Translations under genes and position numbers: made by a program
Notes under the pieces: generated by a model
Databases searched by the model: none
Told to the model about the DNA's origin: nothing
The model's input: the letters and a program-made list of their open reading frames with translations, nothing else
Shown: positions 39,997-48,803 of the stretch, piece by piece
Numbering within the stretch: the first letter of the stretch is position 1
Layout of the letters: each line of letters begins with the position of its first letter
Source of the DNA: a virus
Virus record (IMG/VR): IMGVR_UViG_3300049847_000435
Coordinates: 22,103-86,102 of that record
DNA length: 64,000 nt
Reading direction: 5' to 3' (one strand)

Positions 39997-40049
39997 TAGT
40001 AATTAAAATTACACAAATTTTATTTCTTTATGAGTACACTAAAAATACA
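39997..40049 (+). promoter_or_regulatory. Phage promoter motif copy 3 (before parA)
   Basis: GTAA-TTAAAA-TTACAC-N20-TACACTAAAAATACA. Confidence 0.6.
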
Positions 40050-40091
40050 TTTTAGGTATTTCCGTAGTAGTTCAATCACATAGGAGTTGAG

Positions 40092-40997
40092 ATGTACACG
40101 GTTACGTTATCGAAATTCAAGGGTGGAGTCGCCGCCACCGAAACGACAGTCCAGTTGGCGACCCTCTACGCGTTAGCCGGGTGGCGCGTGTTGGTTGTGG
40201 ATACCGACCCCCAAGGCGGAGCGACAAAGCGCTTTTTCCCCAATGGCGATGGCGATGCTCTGCCCACGTTAGCGGACGCGGTGCGGGCATACGTTGCCGA
40301 CCGCAAGAGCCCAGTCACGCCATTGAGCCAGGTAAACCGCATCACTCGCGTTCGTCAGGACGCTCGCAAGAAAGAATTTACGCCGATCTCTGTAGTGCCA
40401 GCCAGTCGAGCGCTTCAGGATGAAGAAAGCAACATCGGCAATATGCCGGTGGGGCGCACGAAGGTCTTAAAGCGCATGTTGGCGACGGTCGCCAACCAAT
40501 ACGACTTGTGCCTGATCGACACCCCACCAGTGTTCGGCTACCTGAGCCGCAACGCCGTGGTGGCAGCCAATGGGCTGCTATTGCCGTTGCTGCCAGAACC
40601 CGCCAGCTTCAACGCGTTGCAGGAGTTGCGCAACGAACTAGCGATGATGGCAGAGGAGGACGAGATACCCGCCATCGTCGGCACCATTGCCACTCGCTTC
40701 TGTGGCAAAAGCATCCGCCACGAGATCGGTGAGACGCTACTGAAAATCGCAGGCGGCGAAAATAGCATCGAGGCATTGAGTCTATTCGATGGCAGCCAGC
40801 ACGAATTTAATGCAGGCTCTATCAACGGATTTAAAGCTCCCTATCTTGGCAGTGTCGCCAACGACAACAGTCAAGTATCGCCAGCCAATCTACGCAAGGC
40901 ATACAAGCCAATCGCTAAGGCACTAGCGAAGAGTATCGGGCTGGGCGTGCTCAACTTTGAGGTGATGGAGGTGCAGAATGAGACAATTTCAAATTGA
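40092..40997 (+). CDS. parA: ParA/Soj family ATPase
   Basis: KGGVAATET (Walker A lysine replaced), VDTDPQG, LIDTPP. Confidence 0.85.
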   Translation: MYTVTLSKFKGGVAATETTVQLATLYALAGWRVLVVDTDPQGGATKRFFPNGDGDALPTLADAVRAYVADRKSPVTPLSQVNRITRVRQDARKKEFTPISVVPASRALQDEESNIGNMPVGRTKVLKRMLATVANQYDLCLIDTPPVFGYLSRNAVVAANGLLLPLLPEPASFNALQELRNELAMMAEEDEIPAIVGTIATRFCGKSIRHEIGETLLKIAGGENSIEALSLFDGSQHEFNAGSINGFKAPYLGSVANDNSQVSPANLRKAYKPIAKALAKSIGLGVLNFEVMEVQNETISN

Positions 40998-41832
40998 GCA
41001 AAGCCAGGAGCGCCAGCTCGTGGAGATGGCAAAGTCTTTCGATTACCGTCTGTCCGATGAGGATTCCCGCGAAGAAGCGGTAGAAGCGACCGTGGCGGTA
41101 TTGCGCATCCACAAGCAGTTGCATGGCGCTGCCTGGGATATGGGGCAGCTATTGACCGAACAAAAAGCGCGCTTAGATCATGGCACCTTCGGCAAGTGGC
41201 TGAACGAGGTATTGCGCTGGGAGCCGCGCTACGCGCAGCTTTACATGCAAATCTTCACGCGTTGGCCGGATAAAGAACTTTACCTTTCGTCCGGTGTTGG
41301 GCTGATGGATTTCTCAAAGCAGATCGCTTTATCCGCCGACAGCGCGCCGGAGTCCGCCACACAGCGCGTTGTCGAGATCGTCGCCGAACGCGGTGTAGCG
41401 CCCAGCGTACGCGAGATAAAGACGATTGTACGCGAAGAACAGGTCAAGGTGGCGATTGAATTGCCGCTTGAGGCAACCTGCGACGTAGTGCGCAAGTACG
41501 CTCGCAATCAGGCAGTCGACCAGCGCTTTGAACGCGTTTCGTCTGTCACGATGGATGCCTTGCAGACGCTCGCGCCACGCGGCACGAAGTTAAGCGAGGG
41601 TGTTGTTAATCAGGCGAAGTCCCAGGTGCTCGACGAGATCGAAACGGTTCCCGCACCGGCGATAGTGCGATCTACTCAGTTCAGCCCGCGTTACGTGCCC
41701 GCCGATGATTTGGATCGGCAAATCACGCAACGGGTAACGCTCAGTACTCAGCAATGGAACACACTCGCCCAACTGGGCGATGGTGACTGCGACAGGGGTA
41801 TAGCCAGACTTCTGGAGCGAATAGAGGAATAA
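40978..41832 (+). CDS. DUF3102-like DNA-binding protein, ParA partner
   Basis: MGQLLTEQKARLDHGTFGKWL...RYAQLYM. Confidence 0.7.
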   Translation: MRQFQIEQSQERQLVEMAKSFDYRLSDEDSREEAVEATVAVLRIHKQLHGAAWDMGQLLTEQKARLDHGTFGKWLNEVLRWEPRYAQLYMQIFTRWPDKELYLSSGVGLMDFSKQIALSADSAPESATQRVVEIVAERGVAPSVREIKTIVREEQVKVAIELPLEATCDVVRKYARNQAVDQRFERVSSVTMDALQTLAPRGTKLSEGVVNQAKSQVLDEIETVPAPAIVRSTQFSPRYVPADDLDRQITQRVTLSTQQWNTLAQLGDGDCDRGIARLLERIEE

Positions 41833-41978
41833 GGTGCGCTTGCCAAAGCCAGGAAGCACAACAAGCGCACCCAACAAAAAAAAGCGCAGCGGAGCTACGG
41901 CTTCGCTGCCAATTCTATAGGATTTTCCACTTTTTTACAACTGGCGAAAAGCAGGAAAATCCTTACGAGGAATCGACA

Positions 41979-43817
41979 GTGCAACGACTACGCATCGCAA
42001 TTTTCCTATTGGTGGCAGGACTCATCCTATCATACCCCGGTCTTGGCGAGATGATCGCCGAGATGATCGCCAAGATGATTGCCGCAGCTAATACTACCGC
42101 TGGCCTTTGCCTGGGTGGCGTTGTCGTTGCACTGATCATCACGCTGGGCACGGTCATGGTCTCGCTCGTGGCGCAATGGCGCGGCATGATCAATGACCAG
42201 AACCGCCCCGTGGATGGGTCCTACCCGCTGCAACGCGTCAAAAACAGAGATGGCAGCACAACCATTATCGTGCCGGACAATATTTATGATGTTGGCGTAC
42301 GCGTGCTGCCCACCGGCGAAGTTGTTGCGCTCACTCAGAACATCCCGCTCCCGCTTTTCGCTTCATTTCGCGCCGCTGTCGAGAGTAAGCACCGCGTACA
42401 AGCTGCCATCCCCGGCGATAAAGTGTACACGACGAGTAATGGTGGTCTATTAGGGCGCTTTCTGGGGAACGGGCGCGGGAATAGCGGCATGATTGCCCCG
42501 CCACGCGTCACCGCCCCAATGGCGCGACTGGCAGCGGGATCATACGATAAGCATCCACGCCCGATTGTCGATTCCACCGCGTATCAGGTGGAGGAAAAGG
42601 AGGAAGTTGAAGAGATCGCACGTCCCGTACAACCAGTTACCGCGATTGAAGCTTTCCGAGGCAATACAAATACAAATCTTGCACTCGGTCAGACCGTCGA
42701 GGGCGAGGTAGTCTACTGGGATTGCACCGAGACTCCACACGTCCGCTTTCACGGAAAAAGTCAGGGCAGCGGCAAGACCAATGCCATCAAGCAGGTCGTG
42801 TTGGGTGCTGTGCGCAGTGGGGCGAGCGTGATCTTGCTGGATCGTCGCAACTTCAAGGATTGGGGCGATTATCGCCAGCACGTAGAGTGCGTTGACACGC
42901 GCGACCCCTTGCGATTCGTGGATGCCATCACGCAGTTGCGTGACATCTACCAGGAGCGAGATCGCCAACTTGGTGAAGCTGGCGTCGGCACTATTGCCCA
43001 AATGAAGCGACCGCTTCCGCGCATCTTTGCTGTAATTAGCGAGTTTGGCGCGCTATGTGATGTTGCTCACGCCGAGGGCTTGCTTGAGGATGTTTTGCAG
43101 CCGCTACGCTTAGTGTTGCGCGAAGCTGGTGCGACTGGCGTTCATCTAATCTTTGAAGATCAGGTAGTGGAAAAGACCTGGCCGCGTGCGGCGCGTGCGA
43201 ACTCTACGCCGATCACCGGCTACCTTCCGCAAAACTCGGCAAGCGCAGGCGACTACTACCACGCTCACAAATTGCGCCCGTACGAGTTCCACTACGACGG
43301 TCGAACATTCAAGACGTGGGACATGAAGATTGTCGCTCCGCAGATGCTCGCCGCCGTCCAGCCGATGACGCGTGGGCGCGTCCTAAATCCCACCAATACC
43401 GTGCGCAAAGAGACCATCTCCGTCGTGCCACCCGTCACCGAACGCACCGTGCAGCCGGTGGCAGAACAGGTATTCGACCCGCGCAAAGCCGACAACCGCG
43501 ACATCGTTTTTCGCTGGCGAAAACTCAATCCGAACGGGAGCCAGGCAGAGTTTCGTGAGTGGTGCGCAATGCAAGGCGTTGACATGGCGCGTGGCTACAT
43601 CAGTGACACGTTCGCCCTCTACGATCTCTGGCAATGGCGAGATGCCCACCCCTCTGGCAGCCAAGCGGAGTACAATAATGGGCGCATAGACGCCGGTAAG
43701 ATGGAAGTGCCGAGCGCAAAACTAGTAACGCTCTGGGCAACCTATGACCGTATCTGCAAGCCGCTACCGCCGCAGGTGAACATCTACCGTGATGGAAGCG
43801 GAATTAGGCTACAGTAA
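41979..43817 (+). CDS. membrane-anchored FtsK/HerA-like ATPase with C-terminal HTH-like repeats
   Basis: Two N-terminal TMs, PHVRFHGKSQGSGKT, VISEF, AGATGVHLI; two PxGSQAE repeats. Confidence 0.75.
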   Translation: MQRLRIAIFLLVAGLILSYPGLGEMIAEMIAKMIAAANTTAGLCLGGVVVALIITLGTVMVSLVAQWRGMINDQNRPVDGSYPLQRVKNRDGSTTIIVPDNIYDVGVRVLPTGEVVALTQNIPLPLFASFRAAVESKHRVQAAIPGDKVYTTSNGGLLGRFLGNGRGNSGMIAPPRVTAPMARLAAGSYDKHPRPIVDSTAYQVEEKEEVEEIARPVQPVTAIEAFRGNTNTNLALGQTVEGEVVYWDCTETPHVRFHGKSQGSGKTNAIKQVVLGAVRSGASVILLDRRNFKDWGDYRQHVECVDTRDPLRFVDAITQLRDIYQERDRQLGEAGVGTIAQMKRPLPRIFAVISEFGALCDVAHAEGLLEDVLQPLRLVLREAGATGVHLIFEDQVVEKTWPRAARANSTPITGYLPQNSASAGDYYHAHKLRPYEFHYDGRTFKTWDMKIVAPQMLAAVQPMTRGRVLNPTNTVRKETISVVPPVTERTVQPVAEQVFDPRKADNRDIVFRWRKLNPNGSQAEFREWCAMQGVDMARGYISDTFALYDLWQWRDAHPSGSQAEYNNGRIDAGKMEVPSAKLVTLWATYDRICKPLPPQVNIYRDGSGIRLQ

Positions 43818-43869
43818 TGTAGTTAAAATTACATAAAATTGCATTTTTTATAAGTACACTAAAAATACA
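43817..43869 (+). promoter_or_regulatory. Phage promoter motif copy 4
   Basis: ATGTAG-TTAAAA-TTACAT-N20-TACACTAAAAATACA. Confidence 0.6.
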
Positions 43870-43912
43870 ATTTTCTGACCAAGGTTCAGAAATAAATTAT
43901 TTAGGAGGTGAA

Positions 43913-44239
43913 ATGAGTCGAGCATTTTCCGGGATAGCTGTACTCGGCGCACTATCTTTTGTGGTCTGGCAGATCGGTGGACTAATTCCGCCCCATGCTA
44001 CGGTTTTGCTCTTTGGCTTTATGTTTGGCGCATTTGCCGGTATCCCCGCCATGCTAATCATTGCATCGAGATTGCGAGCCGTGCGCCATGATCATTACCA
44101 CCATATTCCCAATGTGAAACCCGTGGCGCAGCAAGTAGAGCCGTTGAGGCTGTCCGCAAAGCCTACGCGATACATCGTGATTGCCAGTCGCACAGCGTTA
44201 CCAGTGGGCACGCAGAACAAAATCGAGGTGGGGCGATGA
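43913..44239 (+). CDS. two-TM membrane protein
   Basis: AGGAGGT RBS; hydrophobic helices. Confidence 0.65.
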   Translation: MSRAFSGIAVLGALSFVVWQIGGLIPPHATVLLFGFMFGAFAGIPAMLIIASRLRAVRHDHYHHIPNVKPVAQQVEPLRLSAKPTRYIVIASRTALPVGTQNKIEVGR

Positions 44240-44382
44240 AATGCGCAATTTGCAAAAAGACCATCACACGGGCGATTTACGAGGATAGCAACGGCGTAAA
44301 AATCTGTTCGGATAACTGCCTGGAAAAACTAGCAGATAAAAGCGAAAAGCAGCGCAGCAAGCAAAAGAAGGTGATCAAATGA
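44236..44382 (+). CDS. small Zn-finger protein
   Basis: MKCAICKK...ICSDNC; ATGA overlaps at both ends; read manually. Confidence 0.55.
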   Translation: MKCAICKKTITRAIYEDSNGVKICSDNCLEKLADKSEKQRSKQKKVIK

Positions 44383-44645
44383 GCGATATGAATGTAATTC
44401 ATGTTCACGGGCTGCAGAGTAGAAGTGATAGAGCCGCACTTGTCTTCGATAGACAAATCGAATCCGACGACGACAGCAGCGACGAACGGGCAGAGCTTGA
44501 TGAATCGGCGGCGCTCATTGCGACCACGATTTACGACTACACGCCCTCTGATGTTTACTGGAAAGTGCTAGAACACTTGAATCGCCTAGAGTCCAGCCGG
44601 ATAGGTAAGGTAGAAAGGTGTTTAAACGTGCTAAATGGTGAGTGA
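44379..44645 (+). CDS. hypothetical protein
   Basis: Coupled ORF. Confidence 0.55.
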   Translation: MSDMNVIHVHGLQSRSDRAALVFDRQIESDDDSSDERAELDESAALIATTIYDYTPSDVYWKVLEHLNRLESSRIGKVERCLNVLNGE

Positions 44646-44652
44646 TGCCATC

Positions 44653-44680
44653 TCGAATGCGAAAACGTTTTCGCATTCGA
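44653..44680. repeat. dispersed palindrome copy 6
   Basis: TCGAATGCGAAAACGTTTTCGCATTCGA. Confidence 0.9.
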
Positions 44681-44695
44681 CGAGAGAGGTGAGCC

Positions 44696-44917
44696 ATGCC
44701 AAACTGCATAACCGACTATCGCCAGGGTAAGCATTTTATAGCGCTCAACGCTATCGCCCAGTTGCTTCGTCAGTTTCGCGATAACCGGGCGATTACTTAC
44801 TGGGCGATTGACGGTTATGTTTGGATCGAGGATGATAGCATTTCCAATCCGTATGCTCCATACTCGCTGCGCAAAACGGGGATTACGTCTGTGGACTTTG
44901 TGAGATGTAATAATTAA
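44696..44917 (+). CDS. hypothetical protein
   Basis: GAGGT RBS. Confidence 0.5.
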   Translation: MPNCITDYRQGKHFIALNAIAQLLRQFRDNRAITYWAIDGYVWIEDDSISNPYAPYSLRKTGITSVDFVRCNN

Positions 44918-44938
44918 GGATGGGTCATAGATCGGGAA

Positions 44939-45130
44939 GTGTTAGAGGTCTTTAAAAGTTGCACCTTTGCGATAATGAGTAAGCAAAGTGAATATATTGA
45001 GACGGCAAGAGCGCAGACCGGACGGCTTGAGCTTAATGCGAGCATCAATCTGGCAAAAGCAGAAGCGCTTGGTGAAGCAGTTAGAGTCATGATGGATACT
45101 ATCGAAAGATTACATCCAGATAATCGTTAA
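44939..45130 (+). CDS. hypothetical protein
   Basis: Short ORF within the operon. Confidence 0.4.
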   Translation: MLEVFKSCTFAIMSKQSEYIETARAQTGRLELNASINLAKAEALGEAVRVMMDTIERLHPDNR

Positions 45131-45147
45131 TTGAGGAGTATGGAATC

Positions 45148-45990
45148 GTGAACGAGCATCCGATTTTGTTTAGCAGTGAAATGGTGAATGCAATTTTGTC
45201 GGGTCGCAAGACACAGACGCGGAGGGCAATCAAGGACCAATCACTACTGGATAGATTGACACGAGTATCGTCCTGCTATGAATGTCCATATGGGGCACCA
45301 CACGATCTTTTGTGGGTTCGCGAAACGTGGCGAGCGGTCGAGTTGGACAATGGTAATGATGGGATTCTCTACAAAGCTGATGGACATTTCAAATCTATTG
45401 AAAATACACAAGCCGCCGCCGACTTGTGGTGCGATGCCTACGCCGACCGCAAGCATGGAAGCAACTGGCGTCCATCTATTTTTATGCCACGATGGGCAAG
45501 CCGTATCTCGCTAGAGATTGCTGATGTCCGAGTCGAGCGGTTGCAAGAAATCAGCGAAGATGACGCAAGGGCTGAAGGTTGTCAGCCATCTATTGTTGGC
45601 GACGATCTCGATCACTTGCAATACCGTGCAGGGTTTTCAGCACTTTGGGACTCCATCAACGGCAAGCGAAAAGCGTTAAATAAGCCAGAATGGATGCTAT
45701 GGACATGGGGACGCAACGAATCGGACGATCCGGAGGCACTCGGATTGGACATTCTGGATCCTTCGTCAATTCAATGGCGAAATCTGGATGATATTGATTT
45801 GCCAGAATGGGTTTCGTTCGGTGAGTCCTCGCCATCCACAGACGGTCAATACGATGTAATCTGGCGGGCGGGGGACGAACCGTCGTCAGTCTATCTTCGC
45901 CGCGAAGTTAGGGATTACGACTACGACTACCCCTATTCGTGGGCGTCTAATCCCTGGGTGTGGGTGATTGAGTTTAGAGTCGTACAGTAG
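45148..45990 (+). CDS. phage ASCH/PUA-like protein with internal insert
   Basis: PILFSSEMV..GRKTQTRR, LWVRETW, WRPSIFMPRWASR, NPWVWVIEF. Confidence 0.75.
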   Translation: MNEHPILFSSEMVNAILSGRKTQTRRAIKDQSLLDRLTRVSSCYECPYGAPHDLLWVRETWRAVELDNGNDGILYKADGHFKSIENTQAAADLWCDAYADRKHGSNWRPSIFMPRWASRISLEIADVRVERLQEISEDDARAEGCQPSIVGDDLDHLQYRAGFSALWDSINGKRKALNKPEWMLWTWGRNESDDPEALGLDILDPSSIQWRNLDDIDLPEWVSFGESSPSTDGQYDVIWRAGDEPSSVYLRREVRDYDYDYPYSWASNPWVWVIEFRVVQ

Positions 45991-45994
45991 CATT

Positions 45995-46477
45995 ATGCCC
46001 AGCCAAACCACCAAGCAGAAGCAAGAGATCATCGAGATAGCCCAGGCGGACGGATCGCTTGATTCGCTATACTGGATCATTGAGGTAGACTTCCGCGTCG
46101 GCTTCGGCGTGAAATCAGCCGGTGTTAAAGTAAACGACATCGTTCAGGTGATCCCCGTTGCGCCATGCCCAGACGCAAGCGAAGCTGATGCCGAGTTACT
46201 GCGGGCACTTTGCGAGCGATCTCAACTCGGCACCGGCAAGAAATATCACCTGGCATTGACTGACATAGAGATGCTTAATGCCCGACCCGGTATGGACTGG
46301 TGCGAATGGGGCGACGAGCACGAGAAGGTCGATAATATCTGCCCTGAGTGTGGAGCGGTTCACCCAACCAGCTACGAGGATACATGGTCTTGCTGCGGCT
46401 GGTCACAAGCGATAAAGCGGTCTGATTCGTGGTTTTTACAGGAAGGCGATTTTGTTTTTAGAATGCCGAGCGAGTAG
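45995..46477 (+). CDS. hypothetical protein
   Basis: C-terminal CPEC...CCGW. Confidence 0.55.
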   Translation: MPSQTTKQKQEIIEIAQADGSLDSLYWIIEVDFRVGFGVKSAGVKVNDIVQVIPVAPCPDASEADAELLRALCERSQLGTGKKYHLALTDIEMLNARPGMDWCEWGDEHEKVDNICPECGAVHPTSYEDTWSCCGWSQAIKRSDSWFLQEGDFVFRMPSE

Positions 46478-46499
46478 GCGGCACACTGTACCAAAAAAC

Positions 46500-46538
46500 A
46501 AACGGGGGGACGGTCAAAGTGTGACCGTCCCCCCGTTT
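46500..46538. terminator. bidirectional terminator between early and late operons
   Basis: AAACGGGGGGACGGTCA-AAGTG-TGACCGTCCCCCCGTTT. Confidence 0.8.
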
Positions 46539-46759
46539 TAGTTGATGCGAATTAGACTACCCAATATCGGCGCTGACCTACAACCCAAACAACCATGCAA
46601 CAACTCTCGCATATTTTACCTCTTGTTTTGGCTTTGGTTAACTGATGATGGATGATGCTGAAACTTTGTCGTGAGTCTAGCTAGGCTCGTGCCGTTAAAT
46701 ATAATGCTATATTCTTGTTACGTCAAAATCGATAATACGTCATTTGACGTAATGTAGAA

Positions 46760-47347
46760 CTACCTTCTCTCAAAAGTAATCACATAGCAAACGTGAGCAT
46801 TCCCCGGCAACCCCAAACTCGCTACCACGTCCGACATGATCATCCCGCTGGCATCGATCAGCGCAATCGCCAACGGCCCTAGATTCGGCGGCATAAAGCC
46901 GCCATCGATCACGACCTCCTCACGCGGCGCGTGCCTGATCACGTCATCAAAGTGGTCAATCTCGCCGTTGTAGCCGGTAAACAACCCGACCATTTCCGAT
47001 CCGCCGATCTGATTGACGCGTGCAACATGGTTGCCACCCGCCTCTAATTCGTCAATAAGGCGCACATCAGTCACGCGATATAGCTTCTGCGGCTGGGTAT
47101 GTACCTGGATATGTTGCGCCAGCACTTTACCGCCGTTTGACCAATGCCGTCGCGCATTTTGTGCGCGTGGGTCTGCCGAGTCTGTGTAGCTGCCGCGCCC
47201 ATACACCACCGGGTTCGGGTTAGTCGGAGGCGTGATAATTGGCGGCGTCACAATCGGCGGCACCGGCACCGCGTTGATCTCACTTTCTAAAATAGCGTGC
47301 GCCTCACCAATCAGCGCGCAGGCGCGTGCAATATTCTGTGGATTCAT
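46760..47347 (-). CDS. hypothetical protein in lysis position (Pro-rich linker + beta domain)
   Basis: AAAGGAGA RBS before MNPQN. Confidence 0.65.
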   Translation of the reverse strand: MNPQNIARACALIGEAHAILESEINAVPVPPIVTPPIITPPTNPNPVVYGRGSYTDSADPRAQNARRHWSNGGKVLAQHIQVHTQPQKLYRVTDVRLIDELEAGGNHVARVNQIGGSEMVGLFTGYNGEIDHFDDVIRHAPREEVVIDGGFMPPNLGPLAIALIDASGMIMSDVVASLGLPGNAHVCYVITFERR

Positions 47348-47358
47348 AAAATTCTCCT

Positions 47359-48069
47359 TTACCGAAAAGTAGCCTGTCGCTTCGGGTAGAGTTGGGCAAC
47401 GAGTCGCTTGTCTCCATCCGAGAGCGCATAGTTCCATTGTGTCGAATAGCCGTCCGTGGTCAACTCTGCCGGGATCGGGTAGAGCATGATCGATTGAGGA
47501 TCGAATGTTGTGGCGTGAATATGCGACCCCGTCACACCGGACAGAACATTTATTTCCGTCTGCACTGCACTCCATCCATCTACCCGCGCATGATAGGCGA
47601 GCACCTTGTCCCGATCCCAGTGGATACCGCCCTCCGGGTGCTGGTGTTCGTGCAGCAAGCCCAACGCGTGACCGAACTCATGTAATGCCACGCGTCGAAT
47701 TTCGCTATCCTGAGAGCGTTCGGTCAGCCAGCCCAGTTGCATGGTGGGTTGACCGGGAGCGATATCCAGCGCATCCGTGCCGACATAGGACCACGACCCA
47801 CCAGGCACGAATGTGATCCGAATCGTGCTCTTTAGGTTTCTCACTTGATCGGGCGTGACGACAAGTTGGAATTTTACGTTTGCGTATTCCATCCACTCTA
47901 TAGCGGTACGAAATACCTTTTGGCGCAGAACTGGCGATCCATCCAAAAAGCCAACGGTGAGGATTTGTCCAGGTTGCCAGAGTCGGTCACGGTCAGCGAC
48001 TCCACGGGACGTTGTTTGAGAGGATTGTTTGGGGCGGATTCCCAGCGCGCTACATGCGCGTGTAATCAT
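47359..48069 (-). CDS. metzincin metallopeptidase (astacin/M12A-like)
   Basis: GSWSYVG, HEFGHALGLLHEH, Met-turn SIMLY, LSDGD. Confidence 0.88.
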   Translation of the reverse strand: MITRACSALGIRPKQSSQTTSRGVADRDRLWQPGQILTVGFLDGSPVLRQKVFRTAIEWMEYANVKFQLVVTPDQVRNLKSTIRITFVPGGSWSYVGTDALDIAPGQPTMQLGWLTERSQDSEIRRVALHEFGHALGLLHEHQHPEGGIHWDRDKVLAYHARVDGWSAVQTEINVLSGVTGSHIHATTFDPQSIMLYPIPAELTTDGYSTQWNYALSDGDKRLVAQLYPKRQATFR

Positions 48070-48347
48070 CCGAACAAAAACTCCTTGATTTTAGATTTTG
48101 GCTCAATCGGGGCAGCCATACTTAGCGTGCCATCGGGTGCGTGTAGCATCCTCTGCTTTTCTTCTGCCCCCGACACCTGCATGAATTTCACCAGGCTATT
48201 GATTACTAAAATCACCGCGCCGGCAATCCCGGCATCGACCCAGCCATGCGACTGCGCATCGCCCAGAAAGGCAATTAGCGCTGGCCCCATTGTCAGCACG
48301 AGAGCCACCCAAAACCCAGCGGCTTTTGATTGTAAAATGTCTTTCAT
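48066..48347 (-). CDS. holin-like two-TM protein
   Basis: 93 aa, two TMs, charged C-terminus, lysis position. Confidence 0.6.
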   Translation of the reverse strand: MKDILQSKAAGFWVALVLTMGPALIAFLGDAQSHGWVDAGIAGAVILVINSLVKFMQVSGAEEKQRMLHAPDGTLSMAAPIEPKSKIKEFLFG

Positions 48348-48799
48348 GTGTTCACCTTTTTCTGTAAATCTAACTTGTCCGCATCTTTAAAGATCATTCC
48401 CGCGCTATCTCGAATCATCCAGACTATTGCCATCCAATTAAAAAATCTTGCCCAGGCAACCAACGGGCGATACTGCTCAATGCTCAATACCGGGTGCGCC
48501 CCTGTTGTGAGCGTCAGCAGGGCGAGCACTATCGTCTCCGACGCGAAATAGAAAGAGGTAGCCAGTGTGAGCCGGATGGGACGAATTTTAATATAGTAGA
48601 TGAGCAGGGTTACAGTTAGCATGAATGATGTCGCCGTCATGATCGGGTACAAAATTGACATCCAATACTGAACATTTGGACGGGACTGAGAGTTGTTAGC
48701 CATGAGGATGGCTAGCACTGTAAAGAAAATGCGCGCCGCGGTTTGTAGGTGAAACCGCACGCTCCATTTACTGCTCCGTATTAATTTAGTACCGATCAT
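48344..48799 (-). CDS. multi-TM membrane protein
   Basis: Three to four hydrophobic segments. Confidence 0.6.
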   Translation of the reverse strand: MIGTKLIRSSKWSVRFHLQTAARIFFTVLAILMANNSQSRPNVQYWMSILYPIMTATSFMLTVTLLIYYIKIRPIRLTLATSFYFASETIVLALLTLTTGAHPVLSIEQYRPLVAWARFFNWMAIVWMIRDSAGMIFKDADKLDLQKKVNT

Positions 48800-48803
48800 A
48801 ATC

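Noticed and set aside
19321-44680. Palindromic repeats as a CRISPR array
   Set aside because: Copies are dispersed over 25 kb with no regular spacers and no cas genes
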